Positions 1-12,609 of a stretch of DNA of 64,000 bases are shown here, piece after piece. Source of the DNA: Hyaloraphidium curvatum SAG 235-1 (lineage: Eukaryota; Fungi; Monoblepharomycota). A program made the translations under genes and the position numbers. The stretch is taken from positions 620,001-684,000 of the forward strand of contig JAIVFI010000008.1 in the NCBI GenBank assembly GCA_025558095.1, written 5' to 3'. The notes beneath the pieces are model-generated. The model ran no database searches, was not told the origin of the DNA, and was given only the letters and a program-made list of their open reading frames with translations. How positions within the stretch are numbered: position 1 is the stretch's first letter; each line of letters begins with the position of its first letter.

Positions 1-554
1 TTTGGGTAAAGCTCTATCACGTGCGAAAGTCGGCAACGGCTCCCCAGGGCCTGCTGTTCACCTGCACGTTGCTCATGCTTTCTCTCCTTGGGCTGAATTA
101 CACCGTCACCGTGCTGGCGCCACAGTATTCGGCTTTCGGCAACCAGCTCTTCTGCAATAACACGATCACGGACGAGATCACCAACGTCACGCGACGGGAT
201 TGCACGGAAACGCCGGAGTTGATCCTGCCGTGCGCGCTCAGCGCGCCGGCCGAAATCTGCACTCCCACAGTCCTCTCCATCACCATGTCGTCGCTGCTGT
301 ACAACCAGCCGACGTTGGCGTACCTGCTGTACATTAGCTCTTGGCTCTTTTGCGGAGCGTTTGTCTTGGGACTTGTGTTTGCTTTGGTTCGGCGCGCTCG
401 GAGAGGAGGCTGGGACCCCGAGGACGACGACGAATTTGCCGACGACGAGCAGGAGTCCTTGCTGGGCAACGCCTCGAGGGACATTGCGGCGGACGCGAAC
501 GACGCCATCCAGGGGACCGCTCGGCGCGCTCTCTTTGGCTCGCTGTTTGGATGA
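1..554 (+). CDS. LMBR1-family membrane protein, C-terminal part (lysosomal cobalamin transporter LMBRD1-like); 5' end outside window
   Basis: TM helix followed by APQYSAFGNQLFC, a Cys-rich luminal loop, a last TM helix and an acidic dileucine tail (DDEQESLL), as in LMBD1-type proteins. Confidence 0.7.
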   Translation, partial: WVKLYHVRKSATAPQGLLFTCTLLMLSLLGLNYTVTVLAPQYSAFGNQLFCNNTITDEITNVTRRDCTETPELILPCALSAPAEICTPTVLSITMSSLLYNQPTLAYLLYISSWLFCGAFVLGLVFALVRRARRGGWDPEDDDEFADDEQESLLGNASRDIAADANDAIQGTARRALFGSLFG

Positions 555-642
555 TTTGCTTTCTGTCATGTGTCCATCATCGTCAGAATACATCTTGGTA
601 TTTGTTGTGGTATGGCACGAGAAAAGGAAGAAGAGAATGTGC

Positions 643-1567
643 TTAGTCTGTGTTGGGGGATCGCGTCAAACAAGCCACGAAAGAAGGGAGAGGAACGCAC
701 AGTAACAGATTGTGTGAAGTAACGAGAAGCCTGTCGTTTTCGCCGTGGTCGTCACGATGTCCTCCATGTCTGCGTCGAGGTCCCGTGCCTTCTCAATCTT
801 CACGAGCGGGTAAATCAGCTGGAGCTCGGCCGAATCAAGCCGCACCGACCATGTCGGTCATCTTCGCAATCGCTTGCGCGCCCTTTCCGGCCTCCTCCAC
901 GTTATCCTTGATCTCGAAGTTGACGACATGCACCGGGACGTTGTAGACACCACCTCGCGCCGCGAGGTCTGTGGCACCGTCAGGGACGCTCCATATCTCG
1001 CCAGGCTGCTGCCCACCGTCGCAAACGGCATCCCACACCCGTGCCTCGCAAGTGATTATGACAGCAAAGAGGTCTCTGTTGTCCTGGAACCGCTCCGGCG
1101 CCGTTTTGATCTTCCTATTGCGGTCCAACATCCTGAGCAGCCCGTTGCTCGTGTACCTGTGCCGCAACGGAGCGTTCTAGCGCCGGCGGACGCCATCGAG
1201 CATGGTGCCTCCCCACAATTGCCGGTTTTTGCTCTCCAGATCGTGGTAGATAAAGTCGTACGGCGTGCCAAAGTCGTAGATGTTGGGCCGGTCCTGCGAC
1301 TCGCCGGGGAGACGGACGGCGGTGCCGGTCCCGAACGACCGAACGTTCAGATGGCGGCGGCTTCCACGAACAGTCAGGAACCTCGCGGCGAAAATGGGTC
1401 CGGCCCATACTTGAGAACGAGATGGGCCTCCATGCTCCGGTTCTGGTTGCTGGAGCAGATGACTACCCGAGCCGGCCAAGACGCGTCAGACGCCGGCTAA
1501 GCACGCATCGTGCATCTTCCAGCTCACCCGCATATTTGACGGGCTGCGTCGGCAACGAGATTGGCAT
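643..1567 (-). CDS. SSU72: RNA polymerase II CTD phosphatase Ssu72 (multi-exon)
   Basis: Spliced translation contains VICSSNQNRSMEAH (CX5R active site), SFGTGTAVRLPG, PNIYDFGTPY, NGLLRMLDRNRKIK and IITCE; GT-AG introns; last coding exon predicted as AC+TAA. Confidence 0.92.
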
Positions 1568-1751
1568 CTTCCTCGCGCTGTACGGCGGAGCGACGCGGAA
1601 CGTCAAACCCTTGTCACCAACTCAACTAACTGCATCCTTCCTCGGGCCACTCGGCCGACCGCATCACCGGGCTGGCCGAGGTGCTCGCTTGGCGTGCGAT
1701 CGTTTTTGCAAAGCTTGGACCAACCCCACCGGACACCCTTCGTGTTTTGAG

Positions 1752-2838
1752 ATGAGCGTTAGATCTGTCGGTTCGGACGCGGAGTTCACCGCACTGATCC
1801 GCGGAGCAACGGCAACGAAACTCGTGGTCGTGGACTTCTTTGCGACGTGGTGCGGCCCATGTCACGCTATCGCACCTACTGTGAAAGCCCTTGCGGAGAA
1901 GTACAAGCATGTGTCGTTTCTGAAGGTCGACGTCGATGCGCTGCAGGAGACCGCTTCGTCCAACGGAGTCACTGCGATGTGAGATCATTGTCCGGGAGAT
2001 CAAACAGGCCATTAAGTTCACTTCGGGCAGGCCGACGTTCCAGTTCTTCAAAGGGGGGTCTAAGGTGGCGGAGCTGAAGGGCGCGAATCCTGCCGGCCTC
2101 GAGGCCCTCGTCAAACAGCACCAGGGCCCGCTGGACGAGGAGACCAAGGGGCTCAACATTGGGAACCACACGGATCTGACGGAGTGGGTGATGTGAAGCC
2201 ATTTTGCGGGGAGCTGGGTGCTGACGGCCGCGTCGGGACATCGCAAGATACATCGACCGCCGCCAGGTCGAATGCTTGAACCAGAAGTCTTCGCACCCGG
2301 TCGCCAACATCTTCGGCAAGACGGACGCCACGTTGGAATCGGACACGGATGAGCAGTATGTTTTGGTGCTTGGTTGAAGTCAGACGTAGACTGAATCCTT
2401 CGTAGGTTGATAATCACCATACCCTTCAATCAGACCGTTCGGCTCCACTCGTTGAAGTTTGTGCCCGGCCAAAATGTCAACGCCGCGCCGAAGGAGATCA
2501 AGACGTTCATCAACCGGCTCACTCTGGGCTTCGACGACGTCGACTCGATCCCCGAGACCGAGTCGCTGACGCTTTCCGAGAACGACTTTGCGCCCAATAG
2601 CGTCACCCCGCTCCGATTCGTCAGATACCAGAGCGTCAACTCGCTCATCCTCTTCATCGGCTCGAACCAGGGGGACGAGGAGAGCACGGTCCTGAAGCAG
2701 CTCGTCATCTACGGTTCCCCGATCGAGACGACAAAGGTAGGATCCGCTGCGTGTAACCCTTGCGGTTCTAATCGGCGTGCGCAGATGTCAGACCTGAAGA
2801 AAGTGGACCACGATCACGACGGTGACAGCAAGAAGTAG
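1752..2838 (+). CDS. TXNL1: Thioredoxin-like protein 1 (thioredoxin + PITH domain), 5 exons
   Basis: DFFATWCGPC active site; PITH-like segments ESDTDEQ/LIITIPFNQTVRLHSL and LRFVRYQSVNSLILFI. Confidence 0.92.
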
Positions 2839-2966
2839 GCATTTCAATCTCTGTGTTGTTAGATACCAGGCACGCAACATAAAGTACAGTGCTTTGCCAG
2901 TTCTTTTTCTACGCGTGCCACTTTTTCATCGCCTTGCCGCTTTGCCATACCGCGCGTCTTTCGTCC

Positions 2967-2994
2967 GAACCATAATGTCAGAACCATAATGTCA
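2967..2994. repeat. Perfect 14-bp tandem duplication (GAACCATAATGTCA x2) at the stop codon of the YTH gene
   Basis: Read directly from the sequence. Confidence 0.9.
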
Positions 2995-5372
2995 GTAAGT
3001 GAAGGCGAAGGGTGAGAACGGAGACCCGGGCCTGGCGCTTGGAGATGGCGACCTCGCTCCGAGTCCGAGATCCCAGAGGCCGTGCGTCAGGTGATCGATG
3101 CCGCTGCTGCCAGCCGCGGTCGAGCCGGAACTCTCTGCGATCGACGAGGGGTCTTCGATGGTCCCGTCGGTTGCAATGGTGAGGAACGGGAATGATACCG
3201 TCCTTGTGACTTCTCCAGAGGTCGACTTGGGGAGCGGGGGGAGCATGTCGTGCATGGTCTTGGGCCCAGGCTGCAGTTCGATTTGCGGAGAGCTCTTGTG
3301 CTGATTATTCGTGTCAGATGCGGGATGGAAGCCATAGCAACAAGCAGCCTACCTTGACTTCAGCTCCGATCGCACCAAACGAGCTTTCCGAAGGCGGCCT
3401 GGCCGACCGCGGTGTGCTGGTGCTCTGGAACCAATCGTCGGTGGGGCTGACCGGCCGCTGCCAGCTGTTGATGAAGCAAGCATGTTAGTCAGAACCAACC
3501 GGCGCCGATCATACGGACCTCGGGTTGCGGGACTGCGTTGCGATCCTAGCCACCTCGTTCTTCGTCGACGCGGCGTGGATCGCTGCGATGAGGGTCTCGG
3601 CCCATCCGGGGTGCACCTCGGTTCCATCCTGCGCGACAATCAGATCTCCGGCAACAGCGCAAAGATAGCGGGACGCACCACGCTGCGCTTCACGACGCTG
3701 CCGAGATTGAAGGGGTTGATGATGTGATCGGTTTCGTGAAACGGTAGGTGCGCGGCGGAGCAGATCCACTGCACTCGGAAGAACTCGCCCGCTGCATTGG
3801 CAGAGAGATAGTTAGATTTGATCGTCGCAGCACTGCTTGTACCGGCCAATCACCGAAGGGATCGGCCGTGCCGTCAAGCCTGGTCGCGATGCTCTGGACG
3901 CGGATCACGGGAATCGGCGCTTCCATGCGCGCGAGCCCGAACCACTCGTTTGAGCCGAGGACGGAGAAGATGAGGTAGACCTTGCGTGGTGCACGGGTTC
4001 GATAAGTCAGGGAGAGTACCTCTCGGTGGCTCCATCACTCACGTTTTCGCACATGTGGAAGGCCTGGTTGAGGGTGAGCGTGTTGCGCTTCTGAGTCGCC
4101 CAAACCCCGTTGCGGACGGACAGCTCGAGGTCCAGAAGAGTGAGGCCGCGCATGACGAAGTAACGGTTCTGCATGTCAGGACGGATCAGGCCGCGGCTTT
4201 CGAGCCACCGCTGTTGAGGATGCAAAGATTCGATTAGAATTGTACTCGACAAATAACGCTGCGGTACCAACCTGCTGCTGCCTGGGGTCGCGGAAAATGC
4301 CTTCGTCTCCGTCGAGGGGATCGACCGGAATCGGAACGTAGATCACAGTCGGTTGGGGCTGAGGCTGGATTGGAGCTTGCTGCTGCAGTTGCTGCTGGAG
4401 TTGGCTGCGGCGCGACACAGGGAACTTGAACGTCTTGCGCGCTCGGCAGCAAATCGGAGAGCCCTTGAAGAGCTTCTCGTGGTAGGCTCGGGCGGCGTAG
4501 TCGACCTGCTCCTCGCTTGCCATGTTCACGAAACCGCACCGGCTGTTGCTGAGGACCCGCACGCTCTGCCAGGCGACGTGAGCGAGGGACGGAGCAACTA
4601 TTCGTTTTAGACGCACCGTGACGTCGCACTCGGCGAAGAAATCGGCCAGCTCCTCTTCCGTCGTCTCCGCCGGGAGATTGCCAACCCTAAAAGAAAGGAG
4701 AGGGTGAGAGAACAAGGAGAGGATGAGAGGAGAGAGACGGATATGCGGATAGTGTGACCGTGAGTCACCAGCCGCTGTGATCAAGACCCACCAGAGGGCC
4801 AACCGGTTATCATGACCTTGTTCGTCGAAGATTTTGGTCGTGTAGGCCATGGCGGGAGGAATGGCGGGAGGGACTTGTTGGAGCATGGGCCGAGGAAGAG
4901 CGGGGCGCGACGGTTGGCCATTGATGGCGGGCCTGTTGGCTCCCGGAATGCTCAAGGCGGCGGCGGCTTCAAGCGGTCCGAAGTCCAAAAGGCCTGTCCC
5001 CGCGAAGTTGACCGGGCTCGTCGTCCGCACGATGGGCACGGTTGGAGACGGCTGCAGGAGCGAGGTGCGGCCGTCCGGAGCGGGCAAAGACATCGGCGCC
5101 CCCGGCACGACACACATCGCGGGTTGCTGCGGAATGATCGAGTAGATGAAGGGCGTGTCGGGCAGGCGCGAAGTCGGCGGTGCCATGGTCGATCCCGTGA
5201 GGCCGGAAGTGCGGTTCGACGGCGGGCTCCCCGCCAGCAGGCCGTGCGGCAACGCAAAGCCGCCGATCTTTCCGCTCGCGCCGGTAGCGTCGCCGTCGTC
5301 CGCGAAGAACGTCGCTATCGAGGCATTGGACTCGCTCGATGTCGGCGGCCCCGACGGCTGAACGGACGCCAT
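2992..5372 (-). CDS. RRM + YTH domain RNA-binding protein (multi-exon)
   Basis: RRM (VGNLPAETTEEEL...CGFVNM) then YTH motifs RYFVMRGLTLLDLELSVRNGVWATQ, VYLIFSV..EWFGLARM, FRVQW, HIINPFN and DGTEV. Confidence 0.85.
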
Positions 5373-5595
5373 CGGGCTCTAGTTCGGCAATCAACATGCG
5401 CGTTCAACGGCGCACGAGCGCGGAAGACTCACCGGCAACGGCGGCGCAGTCGGCAGGGGCTGGCGGGCACCGCGGACTGAGAAAGCGGGGAAAGATTCGA
5501 AAGGACCGATGACGTGCGAAAACCTCGTGGGCGCGCGATTCCGGCGCGGCTGATCACATGTGCATTCCAACCGCATCAAACGCATTCAACTACAA

Positions 5596-7153
5596 TTAAT
5601 GCCGCCACATCTTCACAACCTTGTCCTTTCCCCCGCTGCCGACGCCGCCGGCGGATCCCGGCGCCCAGTCCACCGCAAACACTTCGTCCGCGTGCCCAGG
5701 CAGATCCAGCTTCAGCTTCCGGGTTTTCATATCCCACACCTTGAGCGTGGTGTCCTTGCTGCCCGAAACGAGCAGCCGCGAGTCCGGGGAAAAGCAGTTC
5801 TGATACACGGCGCCGACGTGTCCCCGCAGCGTCGCGAGGAAGGTACCCGCATTCCCGTCCCAGAGCTTAATCGACTTGTCAAAGCTGGACGACGCAATCA
5901 GGAGCCCGTTGGGCGAAAAGCTGACGTGCGTGATGGGCTGCTGGTGACCCGTCATCCGCGCGATCGGCTTCTTCGAAGTCGAAGGCTCCCATATGAACAT
6001 GGTGAAATCGTCCGAGCAAGAAACGAGCCTTTCGGGTTTCGGGCCTTTGGCCTTTTCGTAGCGCTCCTTGGCCACAGCCTGCGCCTCCTCCTTCGTCGTG
6101 TAGCGCCTGCTCCGCTCATCGAAGCTACCCGTCCGCAGAACAGACTCAGTGCTCAGCGCCAGGTGGTTCACCCAGTGCGCGTGCCCCTCTAGCGATCGCA
6201 CGAGCTTCCCGTCCCTAGCATCCCAGACCTTGATGGTCTTGTCGCGGCTCGCGGTGTAGATCAGCCCCTCGCCGCCCCACTTGACGCACATGACCGGCTG
6301 CGTGTGCCCACCGAGGGTGAAGAGCAGCCGCCGCAACGTCGTGTCCCACACGCGGACCGTGGCATCCTTGGACGCCGTGGCCAGGCGGTTGCAGTTGGCG
6401 TTCATGTGTATCGGCTCCCACGCGACGCTCGTGACGCACTGGCGGTGCCCTTTGAGCGCGTCTCCGAGCTGCTTCCCCGTCTTGGGATCCCAGATGCGGA
6501 CCGTGTTGTCCATGCCACCTGAAGCGAGCAAGTTCCCGTCCGGCGACCAAGCCACAACTTCGACCCAATTCGTGTGGCCCCGCAGGACGGACTGCGCCGT
6601 CTCCGTGTGCACGTCCCATATCCGTATTGTGGTGTCGCCGGATCCCGTGGCAAGCTGCGAGCCGTCCGGGCTGAAGTGGCACGAGAGCACGGCCTCGGTG
6701 TGGCCCTCCATGGACGAGGTGCACCGCGTGACCGGCCGCACCTTGAAGATGGCCTGCGGCTGGTACACGATCGAGATGATGTGCTCGGTGGTCTTTTTGT
6801 TGGTCTCGATGAGGTCGGTGTAGATGCTGTTGACGATTTCCTGGTCGTCCACGTAGAACGAGTACGGGACGGGGTCATCCTGGACATCGCGATGAACCGT
6901 TAGACAAAAGCACATCGGTAGAACGACGAAAAACGCCCACATTCTTCAGCAGCTGGTTCAAGAGCACCTCCAGAATCTCCGGGTTTGCGTCCGCCGGCAG
7001 GTTCAGGGGCGGCCCGCTGACCTCCCCGTCCGGGCTCTTGAACTGGGCCACCACCTGCTTGCCCGGTGCCACGGGCTTGGCTTCGGGAACATAGGGAGTG
7101 GAAGGCGAGGGGTTCGCCGGCCGTGGAACGGCGAGCTTGGTCTCGCCGGGCAT
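5596..7153 (-). CDS. RSA4: Ribosome assembly protein Rsa4/Notchless (NLE domain + WD40 repeats), 2 exons
   Basis: NLE/UBL domain (PYSFYVD, IVYQPQAIFKVRPVTRCTSSMEGH), about 8 WD40 repeats, C-terminal GGKDKVVKMWRH. Confidence 0.95.
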
Positions 7154-7443
7154 CGTGGGCGAGGCCTCGGAGAACTCGAACGTCCAAGACTGTAGCGCCC
7201 GGTTCCGAGAACGAGGCCCCGGAAAAAGCGAGGTTCGTCTCTCAAGAAGCGGTGCTGCCTTGCTATATCAATAGAAGATAGCCCTGGAGGTGTACAGCTG
7301 GTCCTCAAAAGTCTCTTTGCTTGTTGGCAAGGGAATCGCCTGCCGCCAGCGACGGTGACAACCGTCCCCGGTTCCGGGCGGCGGTAACATGGAAATGGAC
7401 CGGTCGGGATCATTCGCCGCGGCATTCGGACTTCAGTTTTCTT

Positions 7444-9781
7444 ATGTCCTCGTTCCCGGGCCGCGGAATGTGCCTCGGTCGCGCGCTGCGAACCCAGGCG
7501 TCCAAGAACGCGTGCCGAGGTGCAGGCCCAGCTCGTCGCTTCCGAGACACGGGAAATCGAGGACCTCGAGGAATCGCTCAAGAAGATCGACGGTCTGAAG
7601 GACAGGATGGTCCGTCGGCCGCGTAACTTAACCCCCCCACGCGGAGCTGACGCGGAGCACAGGTCTCGATGCTGGACTCGTTCGACGGGAGGCTCAAGAA
7701 GATGGAGGGGACGATACTGCCCGTTCACCGGTCCACGCAGAAGCTGACGAGGATGGCGGACAGTCGGTGTCTTCTGGGAGGCGTTGCCCGAGAGGAAGCT
7801 CACGCCGAACGCGCCCCAAGACCTGGATAAGGTCCTCATGCTGCTCAACAACGTTAACGTGTACCTCGAGCTTCCGCGGCAGGAAGAGGCCATTATCATG
7901 AAGGGGTGCGGGACGGAGTTTCGGGACCTTGGCTGCGGCTGACGTTGCTTCGTAGGCCTGCACCGGACAAGGTCGACGAGTACCTGGTCTCGCTGGATCG
8001 CGTGCGGCAAGCGGCGCGGTACATCACTAAGACTCAACTTCGCAGTGCCGATGACACGCTTCGGCAGCTGGTGGGCGCAGGCGGCCGCGGGAGCCGAGCT
8101 ATGCGCTCATTTCGGACCGTGCCAGAACAAGCTGATTGCGACGGGCTTTTCCAAGCTCGAGGACCTCTTCAGGGAGGTCCTTTCCTCCTACAGCAACCCT
8201 TTCGACATCACGCCCTACATCAATGCCCGTAGGCTCCTTCCGTCACGTCGTTGCGCTGGCAGCACCTCACCTCCCTCCGCCAGCCATCCCGTCGCTACCC
8301 CAGCAGATCCTCGAGTTCCTCCTCGCCCTCTCCAATAACCTGATCGCCGCGGCTGAGTACGATTCCAACGAGCACCTCCTCGCCTATGTCGGCGTGCGCG
8401 CGCCCTACCTGCAAAAGTGCCTCGACGGCCCCATGGCGCGGGCCGAGTCGGACAGGGTGAGCAAGGAAGGGTACGCCAAGGGGACTGGCGGGGCTGTTGC
8501 GGCGGGCAAAGCTCTGTTGCGGATGATGAAGGTGAGGAAGGGAGACCGGCGCTCCGGCCCGGTCTGATGTCGCCGCCAGGCCGAGTACGTGCTCGCCTAC
8601 TCCATCCTCCCCACGCACACCCCCTTCCCCGCACAAGCCCTCTCCCAATCCGTCCACCCCAGCGCCACCCTCTTCCTCTCCACCGCCAACTCCCTCTACT
8701 CCCGCGCGCGGCGCTCCCTCTCCCGCGCCGAGTTCGCCGACTCGCTCGTGGCACTGGACCTCCTCGACACCGCGGCGGCGCTGCTCCGCGAACCGGGGGA
8801 GCGGATCGCGGACGCGGTGGGCGAGTCGGGGGGTGCGGGGCAGGAGGTCTGGGAGGCGCTGTCGGGCGCGGCGCTGGCGGCGGGTACGTTCCTCAGGAGG
8901 TTCTACCTCGAGGTCAAGACGGAGAACAACGAGAAGGGGATCCCGTCTGACGGGACAGTGAGCGAGCTGACGAGCCAGGTGGGTTGCACGTGGCCTTGTT
9001 CGATCGGCTGTCTGAACGTGCGCTCGTGTTTCAGACGGTCAGCGTCCTCCGCCGCCTCCTCGAGTACCTCCCCACCGTGGAGCTCCTGTTGACCGTCTTC
9101 CCCGACCTCTATCTCCGCACCTCGGACCCCACCGCCGACGCCGGCACCAAGCAAAAGGTCGCCGCTGCGCTGTGCGACCCCTCCCCGCCGCCCAGCCAGG
9201 GCGGCACCCGCGCGGGCCGCTTCTTCGACGACGTCGTCGACGCCCTGCTCCTCAACATACAGAGCAAGTCGCGGACCTACAAGCGCCCCGGCCTCTCGGC
9301 CGTCTTCCTCATGAACAACCACCACTTTATCCTGCGGCAGCTCCGCGCGTCGATGCTGGGCGTGGTCCGCCCCGAGACCGAGGGCAAGTGCGACAAGGGC
9401 CTCGCGAAATTCCGCGACGCCTACCTGGACTCGTGGAAGCCGCTGCTCGAGCACCTGATGGACGTGACCTACGTCCAGGGCGGCAAGATCCAGGGCCAGC
9501 TGAGCAAGCCGCAGCGGGACGCGGTCAAGGAGAAGTTCCGCGCGTTCAACGCGGACTTCGACGCCGCGCTGGCGTCGGCGGGCTCCGTCTCGGTGCCCGA
9601 CCCGGAACTGAGGGCTTCCCTGGTGAAGGAGGTCCGCGGGCTGCTGGTGCCGCTCTACGCGCGCTTCTACGACCGGTACCAGGCCATCGAGTTCACCAAG
9701 AACCCGGAAAAGTACGTCCGGTGGGACAAGGCGGCGCTGGAGAAGGCGGTGGCGGGGCTGTGGGACGGCAGCGCGGTGTGA
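7444..9781 (+). CDS. EXO70: Exocyst subunit Exo70 (multi-exon; start uncertain)
   Basis: PSDGTVSELTS, VFLMNNHHFI, YLDSWK, VKEKFRAFNADFD, VPDPELR, FTKNPEKYVRW. Confidence 0.9.
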
Positions 9782-10144
9782 GGGCGCCGGGAAGGAGGGC
9801 GGGGGGCTTTCGCATGGGAGTCGGTGCAGGGCAAGGTTGTGTGTATTCCGTGGCTTTCGCGCTGAATCCACGTTCTATACCCGTGAGCCGGTCGGACTCC
9901 TCGGACGCCCGGCAGAGATCGACAGGTGGCGCGCCTCGAGGATGGCCGCCATGTCGAGAAGGCACTCCCGCGACGCGGTGCCGCATAGGGCCCGGCAAAG
10001 CCCGAGGATGCGAACCAGACTGCAGCCCGCGTCCAACTGCGGTGCCGTGCGTCCATTCGCGGTGCGATGCGAACGGGAGCATCACGAGCGGCGCGGCGCG
10101 TCCCAATCGCTCGAGACGGAGTCCAGATAAGCGCGACAGGGTCG

Positions 10145-10700
10145 TCATCGGTTGACCTGGTTCAGCGGCACCTCGAGGTAGTCCGCCAGCCCGAGCACCT
10201 TGGGAGGACGACCGAGGATGAGCACATGCCGTGCCGAGCGAACGTCCCCGCGCCCCGTCCCACCTTGCTCTTGAGGACGGCGAACGGCACGTCGGGATCC
10301 GCGACGGCCACGACCACCATCTTCCCGCCGGTCCGCGCCATGCCGATCTTCTTCCCGCCTTCGTCCGCCATCAGCAGCACGCCCAGCTCGCCGACCGAGA
10401 AGGCCGGGCCCGGCGCGTCCGCGGGCGACGCGGGCGACGTGCTCGGCGCGGCCACGGGCGAGCCGCGCGACAGCCGCGCGCCGAGCCTGTCGAAAGCGTG
10501 CCAGATGTTCGACGACAGCACGGCGGTGCCGCGCGGCGGGAGCGGCGGCGCGCTCGACACGACGGAGCCGTCGGGCGTCAGCAGCAGGGCGGACGCGATG
10601 CCGCCGCCGACCGCCTGCGCGAGGACCTGCGGGGCGTGAGCTGACGCGTCGCGATGCCGCGAAGCCCGCTCACCTGCTCGAGGGCCTTGGCCTTCAGCAT
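10145..10700 (-). CDS. LAMTOR2: Ragulator subunit LAMTOR2 (roadblock domain), 3 exons
   Basis: Spliced MLKAKALEQVLAQAVGGGIASALLLTPDGS...SNIW...VPFAVLKSK...LADYLEVPLNQV matches the LAMTOR2 pattern. Confidence 0.8.
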
Positions 10701-10881
10701 CGCCGCAACGGGGTGGAGGTCGGGCCTATTGCCGTCTCAGAAATTAAGGCGACGAAAGTCTATGATCGAGTTTCCGCGGCTTTGTCGAGGTTAGACCCGT
10801 TAGTCACGGGCTATACCACCCTGCCCCGTCCTCCGCAAGATATGCCATTCCCGCGATAGCGACCGCCGGCCGCCCTCCGCA

Positions 10882-12138
10882 ATGGGCCAGACGCAGTCGG
10901 CGGACAAGGCCAAGGGCCGGGCGCCGGCCGAGTCGCCGCTGCCGGCCGAGCCCGCGCCGCGCCGGTCGCGGTCCCGCTCGGCGCACGACGCGCCGCGGCC
11001 GACCGCGCTCGAGCCGCTCGACGGCGACGCGGGCCGCGCAGACAAACAAACAGACGATGCCACGCCGCTCGACGCCGCGCTGCCGCGCGCGACCCGGGCG
11101 CGCGACGCGGACGCCGCCTCGCCCGCCGGCTCCCCCGCCGCCGCGCCGCTGGACATCCCCGCGTCGGCTCGCCCCGTGCGGCCCGCCGCGGAGGACGACA
11201 GGCCGTACCGCAACTCGGCCCGCATCGTGCACGGCTTCGGGCCAAAGGGCATGGCGCCGCTGGCCACATCGCGCGACCCCAGGCGGAACGCGATCCCGGT
11301 CATCGTGGCGTGGGGCGGCGGCGGCAAGGCGGTCTACGTCACGGGCAGCTTCAACGGGTGGAAGCAGAAGGTCAGGCTCAACAGGAGGTGGGTTGTATCG
11401 GGCTTCGTGCCGATCGCGGACGTCCAACCGCCCTGTGTACCAGCGAGGAGGACTTCACCACCATCCTGGACCTGCCGCCGGGCACGCACCACTTCAAGTT
11501 CGTCGTGGACGACGAGTGGCGGTGCTCGGACGAGCTGCCGTGCCAGCCCGACGACGACGGCAACCTCGTCAACGTGCTGGAGGTGTACGACGAGCGCGGG
11601 CGCAACATGGGCGACGGGCTGGACGACGTGGGGGACCAGAGCCCGACGAGCAGCTTCGAGGGTTGGTGGACGGCGGGGCTCGACCGCGGTGCGGGTGGCT
11701 GACCGTCCCGTATGGTCCCCTCCCCGGCTCAGAACCCTCCCCCCTCGCCTCGACCCCCGTCGAGCAATACTCCACCGCCATCCCCTCCTACTACCTCCCC
11801 GCGCCCGGCTCCACCGCCCCCCCGCCCATTTCCGACCCGCCGCCCCCTTTACCCCCGCAGCTCGAAAAGGTCATCCTCAACGCGCCGCCCTCGGCCAAGG
11901 ACGTCGAGGTCGACGTGCTGCCGCCGCCGAACCACGTCACGCTGAACCACCTGTATGCGTGCAGCATCAAGGACGGGGTGATGGCGGTGGCGGGGACGAC
12001 GAGGTACAGGCGCAAGGTGGGTCGCCGTCTCGCTTGCGAGGAAGCTCGTGAGGACTGACTTGGTCCTGTTCCGGGGGTCAGTACGTAACGCACATACTGT
12101 ACAAAGCGCTGGCGGCCCCGGAAGCGGGCGCGAATTGA
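10882..12138 (+). CDS. AMPK/SNF1 beta subunit (CBM48 + ASC domain), 4 exons
   Basis: N-myristoylation start MGQTQS; VYVTGSFNGW; HHFKFVVDDEW; PPPLPPQLEKVILN; PNHVTLNHLYACSIKDGV; RYRRKYVT. Confidence 0.93.
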
Positions 12139-12609
12139 CTGGCGGGGCCGATCCTGACGTTGGATCCCCGCAACTCCGAATCTCAAACGCGCCGCTCCGT
12201 CCAGTCGCAGCAGATATCCTTATTAGTACCCCTCATGAATGCTTCGGAGCGGATAGCGCGATTTCCGCGATCTGCGGGGAGTTGGCGGAGAATCCCAGCG
12301 CGAGGCTCATCAGTCTCGAACTTGCCAGGACCACGCACCAAGAGAGGGCGGCGTTCCAGCGAGGCGCGCTACCCTTGGCGACGTGCTCTTTGAGGAGCAA
12401 ACGTCGCGATGGCGCGCTCTCGGGCGCTGGGAGGTGCTGGTGGCGGCCTCTTTTGTGTCTCTCCTGGCATCGGTTGTTTCCACCGTCCTTGCGCTGCAGA
12501 ATCTCGCGCGCATGCTGCCCGCGGCGCGGTTCCCAGCGCTTAAGAGCGCACAGATTGCAGTGCGCCGGTTCGCAACGGGGCTGTTCAGCTCCTTCGTGGT
12601 CCTGTTCAA

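Noticed and set aside
1752-2838. Selenocysteine recoding in the thioredoxin-like gene
   Set aside because: The active site is a normal WCGPC; the in-frame TGA after ...VTAM lies in an intron
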